NCBI GenBank assembly: GCA_951406725.2
Contig: OX597820.1
Coordinates: 86,986,001 to 87,050,000 of the forward strand
DNA: 64,000 nt
From: Octopus vulgaris
Lineage: Eukaryota
Reading direction: 5' to 3'
The notes under the pieces are model-generated. The model saw nothing but the letters and a program-made list of their open reading frames with translations. It was not told the origin of the DNA and made no database searches. Position numbers and translations under genes: made by a program. This document shows positions 1 to 13,169 of the stretch, piece after piece (the first letter of the stretch is position 1; every line of letters starts with the position of its first letter).

Positions 1-246
1 ATGTTTAGATAGAAATTCTCACTGTAAAGAAATTACTTCTAATATGACATAAGGCCAAACTTGGATCAAAAGACAGTAGACTAAATACACCTCAGTTAAT
101 GTCTGGTACTTACCTTACTGACCTAAAAAGTATGAAAGATAAAGTCGATCTTGTTTATTGCCTTGCAGTTTTGAGAAGACGGAACAGTTTCGCATCAAGA
201 GATTGTTGCAGTTCGATCTTAGAAAGTGTCATAACTTAATAATAAG

Positions 247-493
247 TGCGCCCTTTTAAAGCCTAGCCAGGCTCATGGGCCCATTTCCCCGGTTTCTATG
301 GTGTATGTATGCACCCAGCTGGAGGGGACGCCAGTCCATCGCAGTGTTACTCATTTTTGCCAGCTGAGTGGACTGGAGCAACGTAAAATGAAGTGTTTTG
401 CTCAAGAACACAACGCGTCGCCCGGTCCAGGAATCGAAACCGCAATCTTACGATCACGATGCTGACATCCTAACCACTAAGCCACGCGCCTCC
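247..493 (-). mobile_element. tRNA-derived CORE-like SINE (family A)
   Basis: A box TGGCTTAGTGG, B-box-like GTTTCGATTCC, and CORE-like TTGTGTTCTTGAGCAAAACACTT. Homologous copies at about 7231-7435, 14470-14668, 24935-25120 and 37130-37300. Confidence 0.8.
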
Positions 494-711
494 ACATAAC
501 TTAATACTGCTAAGAATTTTTATCCGGTTATCGATTCTGCTCTGCTTTGTATAATTAAACTCGAACAATTATGAATAAGTTAAGAAATGATCATTGATAA
601 GCGAGAGGTGTTCTTAGGTTATTTAACTTGATTGGTTAGAGAAATTTGAATGTCAATATTTTCTTGACTTCTGTATTTTTATTCTTCCTCTGAAGTTTAA
701 TCATCCCCCTC

Positions 712-761
<50 letters not shown>

Positions 762-803
762 CCTTTCAACTATAGGTACAACCAGCTAGCAAGCCATGCT
801 ACT

Positions 804-2672
804 TCAGATTTTTGTTGTTTTTTGAGAGAAGCTGATCGAAAGTGCGTGCGAAGCCGGCGTTTGTCGGTAAAAGAAACATTAGAAATGAAGAGCTACGCGG
901 AAGCGACAGCGGAAGACCCGGAAAAAGAGAAATTAAGAAACCTAACACCGAAATCGTTGAATTGGGACCCTGAATAGATGAAGAGATAAATGAGTAAAGT
1001 AGAAAGAGAAGCAACGAATGTCGGAGGAGAAAAAGAAAATGTTAAGGGATTCAACAATAGTATTCAGAACATTCTCCAACGAATCCAGGAGGATTGAAAT
1101 ATCACTTGAATTTCACACAGAAGCAATGGTAACGAACTGTATGGATAGAGTGGTTTTCATAAATAGAGGAAGCCAATACGGCACGGTAAATATTATATTT
1201 GAAAATGTGGCGGCGGCAAAGATGAACGACCAAGTGATAGAAGGAAATAGGTGGACTCTCATATCCGACAAACCAGGAAAAAGTTGGTGAAAATTATAGT
1301 TGGAAGAATCCCACCCATAATAGAGCCCGAATGGGTAATAGTGGGAATCTTCGGAGAGAATTTGAAGAGAGGAAATACGAAGTTGAACGTACTAACAGTG
1401 AGAAAAACACAATGTTTGAATTTTTGGGGTTATGAAATTGAAATTGCGCTATAACCTCAGAATACTATGAGAAAATACCGGAAACGGTAGAATTACCGAC
1501 TGGTGAAAAGTTGGATATTGTGCTGCAGGGAAGACTCCCAAAATGCTACTTGTGTGGCATGAGGGGGGGGGGGCATATGCGAAGGAAATAACAGTATACG
1601 GAAGTAGAGAAAAGGTTGGAAACAACGATGGAAGAAAAAGCAGCCGACGAAGAGAAGAAGGAGAACAATAATAGAACAAATATGGTGAAGAGCAGGAAGA
1701 GAGAACGTAAAAAGTCACCAACTTTAGAATAAACGAAAAAAAAAGGTAAAGGAATAGCAGAGAATATAACATATCAGAACGGTAACACTGAGAGGAACCA
1801 ACTATAGAAGAGATATTGAGAGTGATGGAACTGCAAAACGAAGAAGAAATATGGCGAGAAAATCTAGAGTTGTTTAAGCTCAAAGATAGAGAAGAACAGA
1901 TGGAAGAGAAGTATTTGAAAAAGTCACCAACTTTAGAAGAAACGGAAAAAGTAGAGGAATGGCAGAGAATATAACATATCAGAACGATAACACTGAGAGG
2001 AACCAACTATAGAAGGGATATTGAGAGTAATGGAGCTGCAAAACGAAGAAGAAATGTGGCGAGAAAATCTAAAGTTGTTTAAGCTCAAAGATAAAGAAGA
2101 ATAGATGGAAGAGATGTATTTGCAGCCGAGAGAAATTACAGATACACAAACGGAGGAAGATGTGAACGAAGCAGTAGACTCGAGAAGGAAAACAAGAAAA
2201 GAAAGAGAACGAGAGAAAGAAGAAATGTCGTATAAAAACGTAGACGGTAAGTATAATTACGAGTGTAATGCAACTAATGTTTAACAAAAAATGTGAATCG
2301 AACTGCAAATGAACTGAGAATTGAACTTGTGTTATTTGTTTTGTGAAATTGTAAAAGAAAAAAATGTAATGCTTGGAAAAAGCGATAAAATAGAAAAGGA
2401 AAATAGAAAGACTAATGTGAACAATTAATGATACATTTTATGCGATAATGATAAGAAGACCATCGTGGTTTCGCCTCACAGTGAGACCCGATGGTATTGA
2501 GAATTAATGTGAAAAAGTCACGGTTCGTCTCGCAGCTGGAGTGAGTCGAACCGTCTCATTCTCATTATTTGTTAATCATTCCACCAATAATACATCATTT
2601 GTTTTATGTTCTCGTTTGTCTTGTTATGTCCCCTCTATATAATCAGGCAATTGTGCCTATAATAAAGAGAAA
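804..2672 (+). mobile_element. ORF1-only (non-autonomous or internally deleted) L1/Tx1-like LINE with 16-bp TSD
   Basis: Direct repeat AGCAAGCCATGCTACT at 788-803 and 2673-2688. Frameshifted gag-like ORF from 1018 with a zinc-knuckle remnant GRLPKCYLCGMRG..H (about 1528-1590). Internal tandem duplication of about 209 bp (1710/1919). 3' hairpins and an AATAAA/A-rich end. No RT motifs seen. Confidence 0.75.
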
Positions 2673-2687
2673 AGCAAGCCATGCTAC

Positions 2688-2729
2688 TCCAGACTGATGA
2701 CGAGCAAGACTCAGAAACATGTCTCTGGA
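2688..2729 (+). ncRNA. Minimal type I hammerhead ribozyme motif
   Basis: UCCAGA-CUGAUGA-C GAG caaga CUC A-GAAAC AU GUC-UCUGGA: 6-bp stem I, intact core, palindromic ACAUGU stem III and GUC cleavage triplet. The first stem II pair is a C/A mismatch. Confidence 0.8.
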
Positions 2730-2875
2730 TGGGGGTGGTTATCTCCCCCTTGTAAACCTAAGGACACAGGAAATGTGTCAAGGCCGACAGGAAGCGTTGA
2801 TGCTTCCTAGGGCTAAATAGCAGTGGTGTGATTCCCTTTATGGGACTATCACGTTAAGTTGACAGCATACAACTG

Positions 2876-2879
<4 letters not shown>
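2730..2879 (+). repeat. Hairpin-rich short interspersed repeat downstream of the hammerhead
   Basis: Second copy, inverted, at 16472-16588. Four consecutive hairpins visible. Confidence 0.7.
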
Positions 2880-2963
<84 letters not shown>

Positions 2964-3132
2964 ATGAGTGAATCTCTTACAGTGGTTGGCTCGAAACGTA
3001 AAAGAATTTTCCATTTTTCCGGAGCGTCGAACTAGTTTTCTTGCTATTCCTACACCTGTTATCGTCATTTATTTCTGTATAAATATCGACTATATATATA
3101 TAAAGGCATATATGCCCACATATATATGCTTG

Positions 3133-3181
<49 letters not shown>

Positions 3182-3299
3182 CACTGATCAATCTCCATCC
3201 CCACATTTTCACACCTACACATACACACACGCACACGTCAAGATCACCAACCCTCTTTCACACGCACATACGTACTCTCTTACACACATACGCATCTTC

Positions 3300-3557
3300 G
3301 TTTTGAGATCACTACTAGCGTGTTATCTCCCCTACTTCTTAGCTCACCTGTGTGACTCTTCTGTCCGGCATTCGCCATGATAGATCGGTAGCCACTACAC
3401 ACATTTTTTTCTCTCCTTGTTTCTTTCTGTGTTCCTTTCTGTGGAAGAGCGCAGGCTCGAAACGTTTAAGACTTTTTTAATTCCTGAGCGTTATATTAAT
3501 AAATCTGTTTGTTGTCTACACCACCTATCTTCGTCTTTGGTTTTTTTCTTGAATTAT

Positions 3558-3560
<3 letters not shown>
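3300..3560 (+). mobile_element. Penelope-type terminal-repeat fragment with hammerhead-like motif
   Basis: CUGUGGA-A-GAGC gcag GCUC-GAAACGUU at 3439-3466. A near-identical copy runs off the window end at about 63914-64000, and there is a related remnant at about 2975-3080. Confidence 0.55.
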
Positions 3561-3625
<65 letters not shown>

Positions 3626-4543
3626 ACATATGTGTGAATGTACGGAAAAAAATCAGTGTTATTATAATGACTATAACGATGAATAGTGGATATTAAATAT
3701 CAATAATATCAAGAGGAAAGTTATTGAAATTATCTTATTTTAGAAATAATTAATTAATTTTAGGACTAATTAAACGTTTCTAAGGAAACATTTCAAAATC
3801 CTTGTTACTGTTATTTTTGATATTTGATATCGAGCAATGACATTTAATATTCTATCTACATTGCTATCATCTTCCAGAACAATACGCAGATTTTCTATAT
3901 ACACATTGCTTCAAGCAAGCGATAACATTCTTCTGTTTGTAACAGTTAAAGAATTATTGTAACTATCAGAGAGACATCCTAAGGTAGGCTGTCGTATCAT
4001 CTTCCTTAAACAATTTTATCCCAAACATAATCAGAAATCACTACTTGCTCATGGTTTTGGTACCCCACGCCGGCTTTAAAAACTCCTCGAATTATATACA
4101 CTCCTACCATGTCTTTATAATGTATTCCACCTACTCATACAGAAGTTGCATTGCAGTTACCATCAATGGTGTATACTGCAACATCATTAACCCTCCGATT
4201 AAAGTAACCATTATGCTATAAAGAAAAATAATAATCAACGAACCAGCTTAATTGAATGAGATGCATGCTGTGGCTATATTCACCCTATATTAAAATATAT
4301 ATTTATAGGTATATATGATAATGTATGCCTAAATACTTAATGATATGAGCATCCTGATATTCTACTTTTGTACCAGTGTATTGTGCACCAGTGCAAGAAA
4401 TTTACTCATCTCTTATCATGTTGATCTTTTGGATATTAGTATTCAGGCCTACTATTTCTTTTCTCTTCTCAGTTTATTCATCATGTTTCGCAGTGATTAT
4501 TCATCGCGATCAGATCATCTGTGTTGTCAAAATCTCTAATGTA

Positions 4544-5475
4544 TTGGGTTGTCCGGAAAGTTCGTGCCGATTTTTAAAGGAAAGAAAAAGGTCAATAAAT
4601 ACTTGCCATTACATTTTTAATCAACCAAATATGAACCATTTTGTTGCTCAATGCGTCTCCATCTTTCCTTTAACTTGAAAATACCCTCTTCCCAGAATTG
4701 AGGTGGTTTCATGGCAAAGAATTCATCAAGGTATCTTTTTACGTCATCCAAGGAATTGAAATTTACCATTTACCATTAAGACTATTCTGCAGAGACCTGA
4801 ATAAGTGGAAATCCGAAGGAGCAATATCTGGTGAATATGAAGGGTTGGGTAACACATCCCAGCTGAGCTGCAGCAATTTTTGTCTGGTTCCCAAAGAAAC
4901 GTGCGGTATTGCATTATCATGTTGGAAAACAACACCCTTCCTGTTGGCCAATTCTGAACGTTTCTCTTGAATTGCTGCTTTTAACTCGTCCAGTTGTGTG
5001 CAGTATTTCTCAGAATTGTCTGGTTACTTAAGAGAAGCTCAGAGTACAGAATTCCTTTCCAATCTCTCCAGACACAAAGTAAGGCATTTTTAGGGTGAAG
5101 ACCCGCTTTTGGGGTGACTAAGGGTTGCTCATGTCGCTTACTCCAGGATCGCTTTCTCTGAACATTTCGGTAGATAATCCATTTCTCATCACCTGGCACA
5201 ATTTGCTTTAAAAAAGGCGCGTTTTCATTCCGTTTATAAAGCGAATCCCAGATGGAAATGCGATGCAAGAGATTCTTCTCATTCAACTCATGTGGTACCC
5301 AAACATCGTATCGATTCGTGTACCCAAGCTTTACCAGGTGCTCATGAACGACGGATTTTGATAGGTTGAGGCTTTCTGCCAATTCTCGGGTTGTGCAATG
5401 TGGGTTATTCTCAATTAATGACTTGATTTGGTCACCATCTGTAGTGGATGGTCTGTGTGATCGCTCTTTATCGAG
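4544..5475 (-). mobile_element. mariner (DD34D) transposon, 5'-truncated, frameshifted transposase
   Basis: Motifs WVPHEL, GDEKW, HDNAIPH and YSPDIAPSDFHLF. TIR TTGGGTTGTCCGGAAAGTTCGTGCCGATTT next to TA at 4542. Confidence 0.92.
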
Positions 5476-6639
5476 GAAAGGTGAGATGCTCTATCTCAGC
5501 GTATCTCCTTTCTTTCATTATATAGTCTGTAACGATTGCAGGCACCAGTGGAAAAAAGTCGTTCTGCAGTAATGTCATTCTAATGGGGTATGAAGAGGTA
5601 TTTACAGAAGGGATAATCTGAGAACAATAAGTAATGCATATATTCTCTAAAGTTTGGAAGTCAACCCGACAAAGATTTATACCATTATAAGGCCTTGAGT
5701 TTCACTGGTGGGGTCACTAGTGGTGTATGTTGCAGAGACCTCAATCAACAATGAAATCGTACTTAGACGTTTCCAAATTTTCGAGAACAAAGCAATGAGG
5801 AGAATCTTGGGGATCTGATAGTAAGACTGTGTAAGGTATCAAATAATTTGAGATCATTAAAGTTAGATATCGACGTGGGGCAAATGGGTAACATTAAAAA
5901 ATGTTCTACATATCCAGTCAGATAGAATATTATGGAAGATAGCTCAGTGGAAGTCAGTATGAATAAGACCAACTCTTACATGGCTGAGAACAATGAAGGA
6001 GAAAGACTGATGATGGACATGACAGAAGACAAGCATGTAGACTGGAACAGTTGGCGTGAAGGCTTGGAAGCTCTTTGTTGTATCGTACAGCAATAGAGGC
6101 GGTAATAGTTATAGCATATGACATTATCTGGCCCAGTTTTTCATGCACATACGTCAAAAGCCTATGGGACACAATACCAAATTTAACATTGCTTCATTCT
6201 TGTCTTTTGAACGCACGCACAGATAGGATCGGCGTGCTGATCTATGGGACGTATTGCTTGTTCTCTTAACACCTTTGAAACAGCGTATATTACTCGAAAT
6301 AAGGACGACTTAAATATTTCTAAGGTAACATTTCAATACTTTTGGTGTTGCTGTTATTGATATTTAATGTTCAATCTACAATGCTAAAGACTTATATAAC
6401 ATTAATTATCTCTGTATTCTACAATACTTCGAGCAAACTACGACACATATATAAATATACACATGCATATATATATGCGTATGTTTGTATATGTATATAT
6501 GCGTGCATATGGGTGTGCATATGTATATGCTTGCATATGGGTGTGAGCATGCACACAACACTTGCGTATATGTGTGTGCATGTGTGAGTATATGCATATA
6601 TAGCAGGCTGACAAATTCCACTTATAAGTTGTTAGTCAA

Positions 6640-7190
6640 TTCGAGGTTACAGTTGGAGACACTTGGTTGATGTGCTGCCCAGTAGAAATAAAACCCCTAG
6701 TACATGGTTGCGCAATAAACGGGACTCTCAGTTTTCAACTCCCTATTTCAAAAGATGTGTGGGTCATGTTCAATATCACGAGTGGTACCATTTTTTCAAC
6801 AACGGACAGCAATCCCATTGCAAAGGTGCGTACTGTGGTCCGTGAAAATTGTCATCTGATTATATCTAAATATTCCAAAGAAGCAGAAATCTGTAAAAGT
6901 TCAGGTCAGGTAATTTCCAAAGAAAAATTGGAGAAGAACCGGAGTGCCGCGTCTATAGGAACCAAAGCGTTGTCATCCAGGCGCTAGTTTGTGGTACGAA
7001 TACTGATGAAAGCTTTCCAGAAGTTACACTGGTGATGAAAGGTAGATGCACGGGTACAATGTCAAACAAAAAGCAGTCCTCACAAAAGATTGGATCATCG
7101 TCACCGCTACAAAGAGTCACTTAAACGTGGAAATGATGCACGTTGAGAGCCGTTTATCATGAAATTATTTATTTAGGTGTCGTGAGACGG
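6640..7190 (-). pseudogene. Degenerate reverse-transcriptase remnant, probably Penelope-like
   Basis: Minus-strand fragments LFDIV... and FAMG resemble the Penelope RT motifs FDxxxLYPSI and GxAMG. Heavily decayed. Confidence 0.35.
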
Positions 7191-7230
7191 TTAAGAGAAG
7201 CTGTGCAAGATGGGGAGACTTAACAAATGG

Positions 7231-7745
7231 TGGAGGTGCGTGGCTTAGTGGTTAGGGTGTCAGCATCATGATCGTAAGATTGTGATTTCGATTCCTGGAG
7301 TGGGCGACGCGTTGTGTTCTTGAGCAAAACACTTCATTTCCCGTTGCTTCAGTCCACTCAGCTGGCAAAAATGAGTAACGCTGCGATGGACTGGCGTCTC
7401 GGGAAACCTGGCCCATGACCTTTAAAAGGGCGCATTTATTCTGGAGGCACATCGCCTATGGTTAGAGTAGCAGACACGCGGTCAAAGGATCGCGGGTTCG
7501 AATCTCAGACCGGGTGATGTGTGTGTTTATGAGCAAAACACCTAAGCTCCACGCAGCTCCGGCAGAAGGTAATGGCGAACTTCTATTGACTCTTCCGCCA
7601 CAACCTTCTATCACTCTTTCCTCCTGCATCTTGCAGTTCACCTGCGACGGACCGGCGTCCCGTGCAGGTGGGGAAACTATAAGCCAAGGAAACTGGGAAA
7701 CCGGCCCTTATGAGCCAGGCATGGCTCGAGAAGGAACAAACAGTA
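7231..7745 (+). mobile_element. Two adjacent tRNA-derived CORE-like SINEs
   Basis: 7231-7435 matches family A. 7441-7745 is a related subfamily (GGTTCGAATC B box, TGAGCAAAACACCTAAGCTCCACG) also seen at about 51455-51750. Confidence 0.75.
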
Positions 7746-8219
7746 ACTTAACAAATGGATTAACAAACTATGGATACTGCAACAAGATAACGCACCTACT
7801 CCGTTTTACTTACTCGCGATTTTTTGGGCAAAGTAATTCTCAGAAATTGGTAGCTGCGGATGGTTTTGTGCACCCAAAGTTGAAATCAACCCTAAGAAGT
7901 CATTGATTTCAGAGGATAAAAGAGTTCGACAAAACAGAGGTTATTTCTGAAAGCATGTTCCAGAATGAGTTGAGATCGACTTTGCCTTTCATCCTTTCGA
8001 GGTCAATAAATTAAGTACTAATCGACTGGCTTCCTCCCCCACCCACCACATTTCGGGCCTTTTGCCTATAGTAGAAAATAATATGCTGGGAATGAAGTAT
8101 CAACAACGGAGAAAACAATTTGGAAAGACAGAAGTTTGATTAAATTGTGTGTAAAGTACATATTTGTTTTCTGAAATAGTCGGCTTCCTTTTAGATACAC
8201 CTCGTATTCATGTCTGCGC

Positions 8220-8230
8220 GTATGTGTATA

Positions 8231-8280
<50 letters not shown>

Positions 8281-8294
8281 AACATATATATACA

Positions 8295-8348
<54 letters not shown>

Positions 8349-8451
8349 TATATATAATACTTGTATACTATATACACATGGATATGTTTTTATACGAATC
8401 ACAGATATATATTTGAATATATATATGAGTATATTTATTACACACACAAAC

Positions 8452-8513
<62 letters not shown>

Positions 8514-9125
8514 GTGTATATGCGTATATATGTAAATATATACATACATATATACATATGCATATACATGCATATATTCATACAAACATACATACACGCA
8601 TATATATATATATATACATGCAGGTACATATACATATATATATGCATGTAGAAATATTCCCACACATGCATATGTATGTATGCACATATGGCACACACAC
8701 ACACGTATATATGATGGTTAGAAGCGCAATAGAAAATGGAATTATATCGATAAGCATAATATGCTCGTTCTTATATTTCGAGGTTAATAAATACGACAGA
8801 ATTGTAAATTATTCCAATATCATAACACAGCTTGGAGCTTATACCTCATTTGATCTAGGCACGTAAATATTAATTCAACCAAAATGAACATATTCTGAAA
8901 ACAGTCCGATATTTACACCGGAATCTGTTTGTTGGTAGGATGCTTGCGTTGCATCAAACAGCAATTGGGCGATAATACTGGACTTGCCTATATTTAATCA
9001 TATATTACAAGCGGCTGTAGACCTATCTTGTTATAGGACAGGATAGGATATTACTATTAGATTATCTAGTTGAAACAATATGAAATGATGTGTGCGTCGC
9101 TGGATAGAATGGGAAAAAATTTTCT

Positions 9126-9224
<99 letters not shown>

Positions 9225-9400
9225 TCACACACACGCACACACGCACACACACACACACACACACACGCACACACACAAACACACACGCACATATGTATAC
9301 ATATGTAAATAGATACCCATATATATATATATACATACATACATACATATATACATATATATACATATATATATATATATATACATACATACATACACAC

Positions 9401-9447
<47 letters not shown>

Positions 9448-9569
9448 TACACACAATCACGTACACATGCATCACACACACTATATGTATATGTATGTGT
9501 GTGTACCCATGTATATATACTTACGCACTTGTATGTATTTCTATCTATCTATCTATCTATCTATCTATC

Positions 9570-9611
<42 letters not shown>

Positions 9612-9650
9612 TTATCTATCTGTCTATGCAAGTCTATATGTATGTAAATA
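8220..9650. repeat. Compound microsatellite field (CA, TA, CT, CATA, CTAT)
   Basis: Directly visible. Explains the YI/TH/CV ORFs. Confidence 0.95.
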
Positions 9651-10269
9651 CAGTGATACTTTAGTTAATAAGAAGATACGTAGAAGAGGAAGGCAAACTG
9701 CAAAATGAAATATAGATCCTTCAAGGCGGTATCTCAGTATGGTCGCATTTCAGTATCTGAAACAAGTAAAAGATGCAACTAGCAACTTTCAGGAACGATG
9801 TGGTCCTTCAAACCTCTTAAAAAAAAATTCTGTTTTTCCTTCCATTGTTGAAGCCCCACCAAATAACCACTGATGTCTGAGGAACATTTTACTGCCAGAA
9901 ACATTTTGTGTCAGGCGATTGTGTGTGTATGTGTGTGTATGTTTCGTTATATGTGAGATTTAACTGTGAATAATTGAGCATTCCTCTTTACGCGTGTCCC
10001 CTTTATGGAATTCTGCGACAAGGCTGTACCGTTTTGAATTAGGTGTACAGTCCATCCGTTGTCTTGTATATTGTTTCCGTGTACTCAATTTACACTCACA
10101 TGTTGATTCCATCCTCTGTAAGTGAAATTGGGTTGGCGAAAACCATATAGATAATTACATTTGCTTAAAATATTATACACTAAGATCAAACCCAAAACCC
10201 CAGGATTGAAAAGCAAACTTTTTAACTATTCGGCCATATATGCACATACGTACGTACGTATGTACGCAG

Positions 10270-10300
<31 letters not shown>

Positions 10301-11011
10301 TGTATGTATGTATGTATGTATGTATGTATGCATGTATGTATGTCTTTATTTAGATATCTCTCTAGGAAAAGGTAATTCTGAAATAAGATTCGCCTCATTG
10401 CGAAGCCGAAGATTGTATGTGGGCTGCTTGATTTTGTAGGCGAGAGCCTTAGTAGTGTTGTGCAAACTGTTATTGACTTTAACATCTAGGATAATTCATA
10501 AGTGATGACCATACTCGTCTACAAGTTGACAGCCACTAAGAATGTATGTATGTATGTATGAATGTATGTCCTGAGCAAGACTTTAAACTACATCCGGTTT
10601 TAAGGCCCCGATACGAGAGTACTAGGGTTTTGAGAAATGTGGAACTAATTCTTTGCCACTATTGTTCCTAGTTCTGTTCTGACTCGGAGCATTAGTATCT
10701 GTTAGGGCCCTAAGTTATGTGTTAAGCATCGTTTGAACTACTGTGAGGGAGAAACACCTTGTTTGCATTAGAACTTCCTTCTCGGAGAAAGTAAACACTG
10801 TGAAAAAACCCCAAAATACTTGAAGTACATTTGTTTTCTTGTCATTTCAACATCTGTTGTGTCATTGGTTTTATAGCTGATTGCGCTGATAAGTGGGGTC
10901 AGGGATGTGCAACACATTACCCACTGAAAACAAATCCGCTCTCTGAATGCTTGTAGGGACGGGCTGAGTTTACAAAGTGGCCTTACTTGGTCACGAGTTG
11001 ATTTCCACCAC

Positions 11012-11012
<1 letters not shown>

Positions 11013-11042
<30 letters not shown>

Positions 11043-11240
11043 TGTATGTATGTATGTATGTATGTATGCATGCATGTATGCATGCATACATGCATGTATG
11101 TATGTATGTATGTATGTATGTATGTATGTATGTATGTATATATGTATGTATGTATGCATGTATGTATGTATGCATGTATGCATGTATGTACGTACGTATG
11201 TATGTATGTTTGCGTGCATGTGTGTTTGTGAGTGTGTGAT
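11013..11240. repeat. (TATG)n microsatellite
   Basis: Directly visible. Confidence 0.95.
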
Positions 11241-12828
11241 TGTCAGTTTAGTTTAAAATGTGGGTTGACATATTCAAGATTTGCGCAATTTGCATCATTA
11301 TGAGAACAATCATATACCTTAGAGAAATATATACAAAACAAGAAAAAAATTGGCTTATATGCTCATATGATTTATCTTTATATTGATATCTTGTTTATTT
11401 GAATTCCACGAATACGCATCCAAAAATATTTCCATACCGAATACATCTTAATACAAGAGCAGCAAAAAGCTGGGATAGATTTCGTTAATTTCTCCCAGTT
11501 TAAAAAGTTAATATATTTGATTCCACTGAGAGGTTGGATATGTTTTCTCATGATGATTATTACCAATAGCCTATAGAGAAATGTCAATGAGTTCATTCTT
11601 GTATGATTCTGTTAGAATGGTCAGCTATTATCAGTAACGTGTTGGCTGAAAAACAAAAACAAAAAGAAACAAGAATTATAAAAGAAGGTTTAAATAAAAT
11701 TTACCAAGAGAAAAATTATATAAAAAAAAAATCAAATGAATACAGTTTTGTAATGAATTCATTTATTGAAAAATTGTATGCGAAAAAGAACAAAGTAAAA
11801 TGGCAATATTTTCATAACTATGAATATATGTGTGTATCAACGCAGTATTTAACAATTACTTTAATAGTGTACTTAAACGGTGGGATTCATGAAAAAGATT
11901 TTCAGAAACAATAGCGATTACGTAATTTTTCTAAATTGCACATCTTGCATGTACACAAGCAATAATATTTACGGTATACTGAACATTTATAGCACTTTGA
12001 TAATCTGATTTAAGTTTATCTACGCTGACAAAGCAAACGTTATTTGGGAAGAGTTCTTCACTTGTTTTAATTTTAGTAAACGTGATTTGATTGTTTACCT
12101 CCAGAAATCTTCTTTATCAAAGCTCCATATTCTAAACATTATCTACAGCACAGCAGTGGGACTTGGGTTTTGAGCCTTTTTAGAAACTCAAAGACACAAA
12201 CAATTTCAGAATGAAGAAACATTTGAGTTGGCGGCGAATTGATAGACTCATTAAAGCGTCGGATAGCACCACACCTCGTAGTATTTGTTCTGGTTCTCTA
12301 TACTCGAGTTCAAATCTCGCCAAAACAATACTGCTTTTCATTTCGGAGTTGATTTAAAAAAGAAAATGGAATAATCTAGGGTAGTGAATTGGCGGAATTG
12401 TAAGAATTTCAGACTGGATACTTGTTCTGGTTCCTTACGTTCTGAGTTCGAATCACACCCTGACCTATTTGGGTGGTAGTCTTCATCCACCGACAAATTT
12501 AACATCATCAGCTAGCAACTTGGATGTCTTTAACGGAATCTACTCAGTGGCAAGCATTTGAGCAAGTCTTAGGGTAGAGGAGATTTCCATCTCTCCTATC
12601 AATTACGGAAGGTGGGGTCGAAAGTGTAAAAGGAAGTTCCTTTCCTCTTAACAAAAAAGATAAACAAAAGAAACTTTTAACTGTACAGAAGATGGCCGAA
12701 AATAGCAACAGAGTACCATTCTGATATCTAGGATTGCGCACTTCATCCGGTGGGAGATTTTTTGAAAGATAAATCATAAAGAAAGCCACTCGTCTAATCC
12801 ATAGTTCTCTCTTCATTATAGAATTAGA

Positions 12829-13045
12829 AGGCGGCGAGCAGGCAGAATATTTAGCACGCCGGGGAAAATGCTTAGCGACATTTCGTCCGTCTTTACGTTC
12901 TGAGTTCAAATTTCGTCGAGGTCAACTTTGCCTTTCATGCTTTTGGGGTCAATAAAATAAGTACTAGTTGAGCACTGGGGGTCAATGTAATCGGCATAAA
13001 TCCTCCCATGAATTTGCTGGCCTTTTTCCAAAAATTCAAATCTAT
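12829..13045 (+). mobile_element. tRNA-derived SINE (family B)
   Basis: Head GGCGGCGAGC.GGCAGAAT, B box GAGTTCAAAT, conserved body ACTTTGCCTTTCAT..TTT.GGGGTC.ATAAAATAAGTAC. Many other intact or decayed copies, e.g. 13610-13833, 22470-22670, 29480-29700, 33380-33590, 34742-34950, 42000-42227 and 52900-53127. Confidence 0.85.
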
Positions 13046-13169
13046 ATTATAGAATTATCAATTATTTTGACTAATTTATCAAGCTTGTTACTTTCACACA
13101 GTATCCACCTCAAACGTTTCTTTACATTTGTCTCTTGCTTCTCATTCTTTACACTCTCTATATCTTATG

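Noticed and set aside
3720-6430. Possible Penelope RT/endonuclease remnants on either side of the mariner
   Set aside because: Only faint motif echoes (TAIEAVIVIAY versus GTAMG...YAN). Too decayed to support by eye.
8066-11256. Numerous YI/CV/MYVC/HTYI ORFs here and throughout the window
   Set aside because: Translations of TA, CA and CATA microsatellites.
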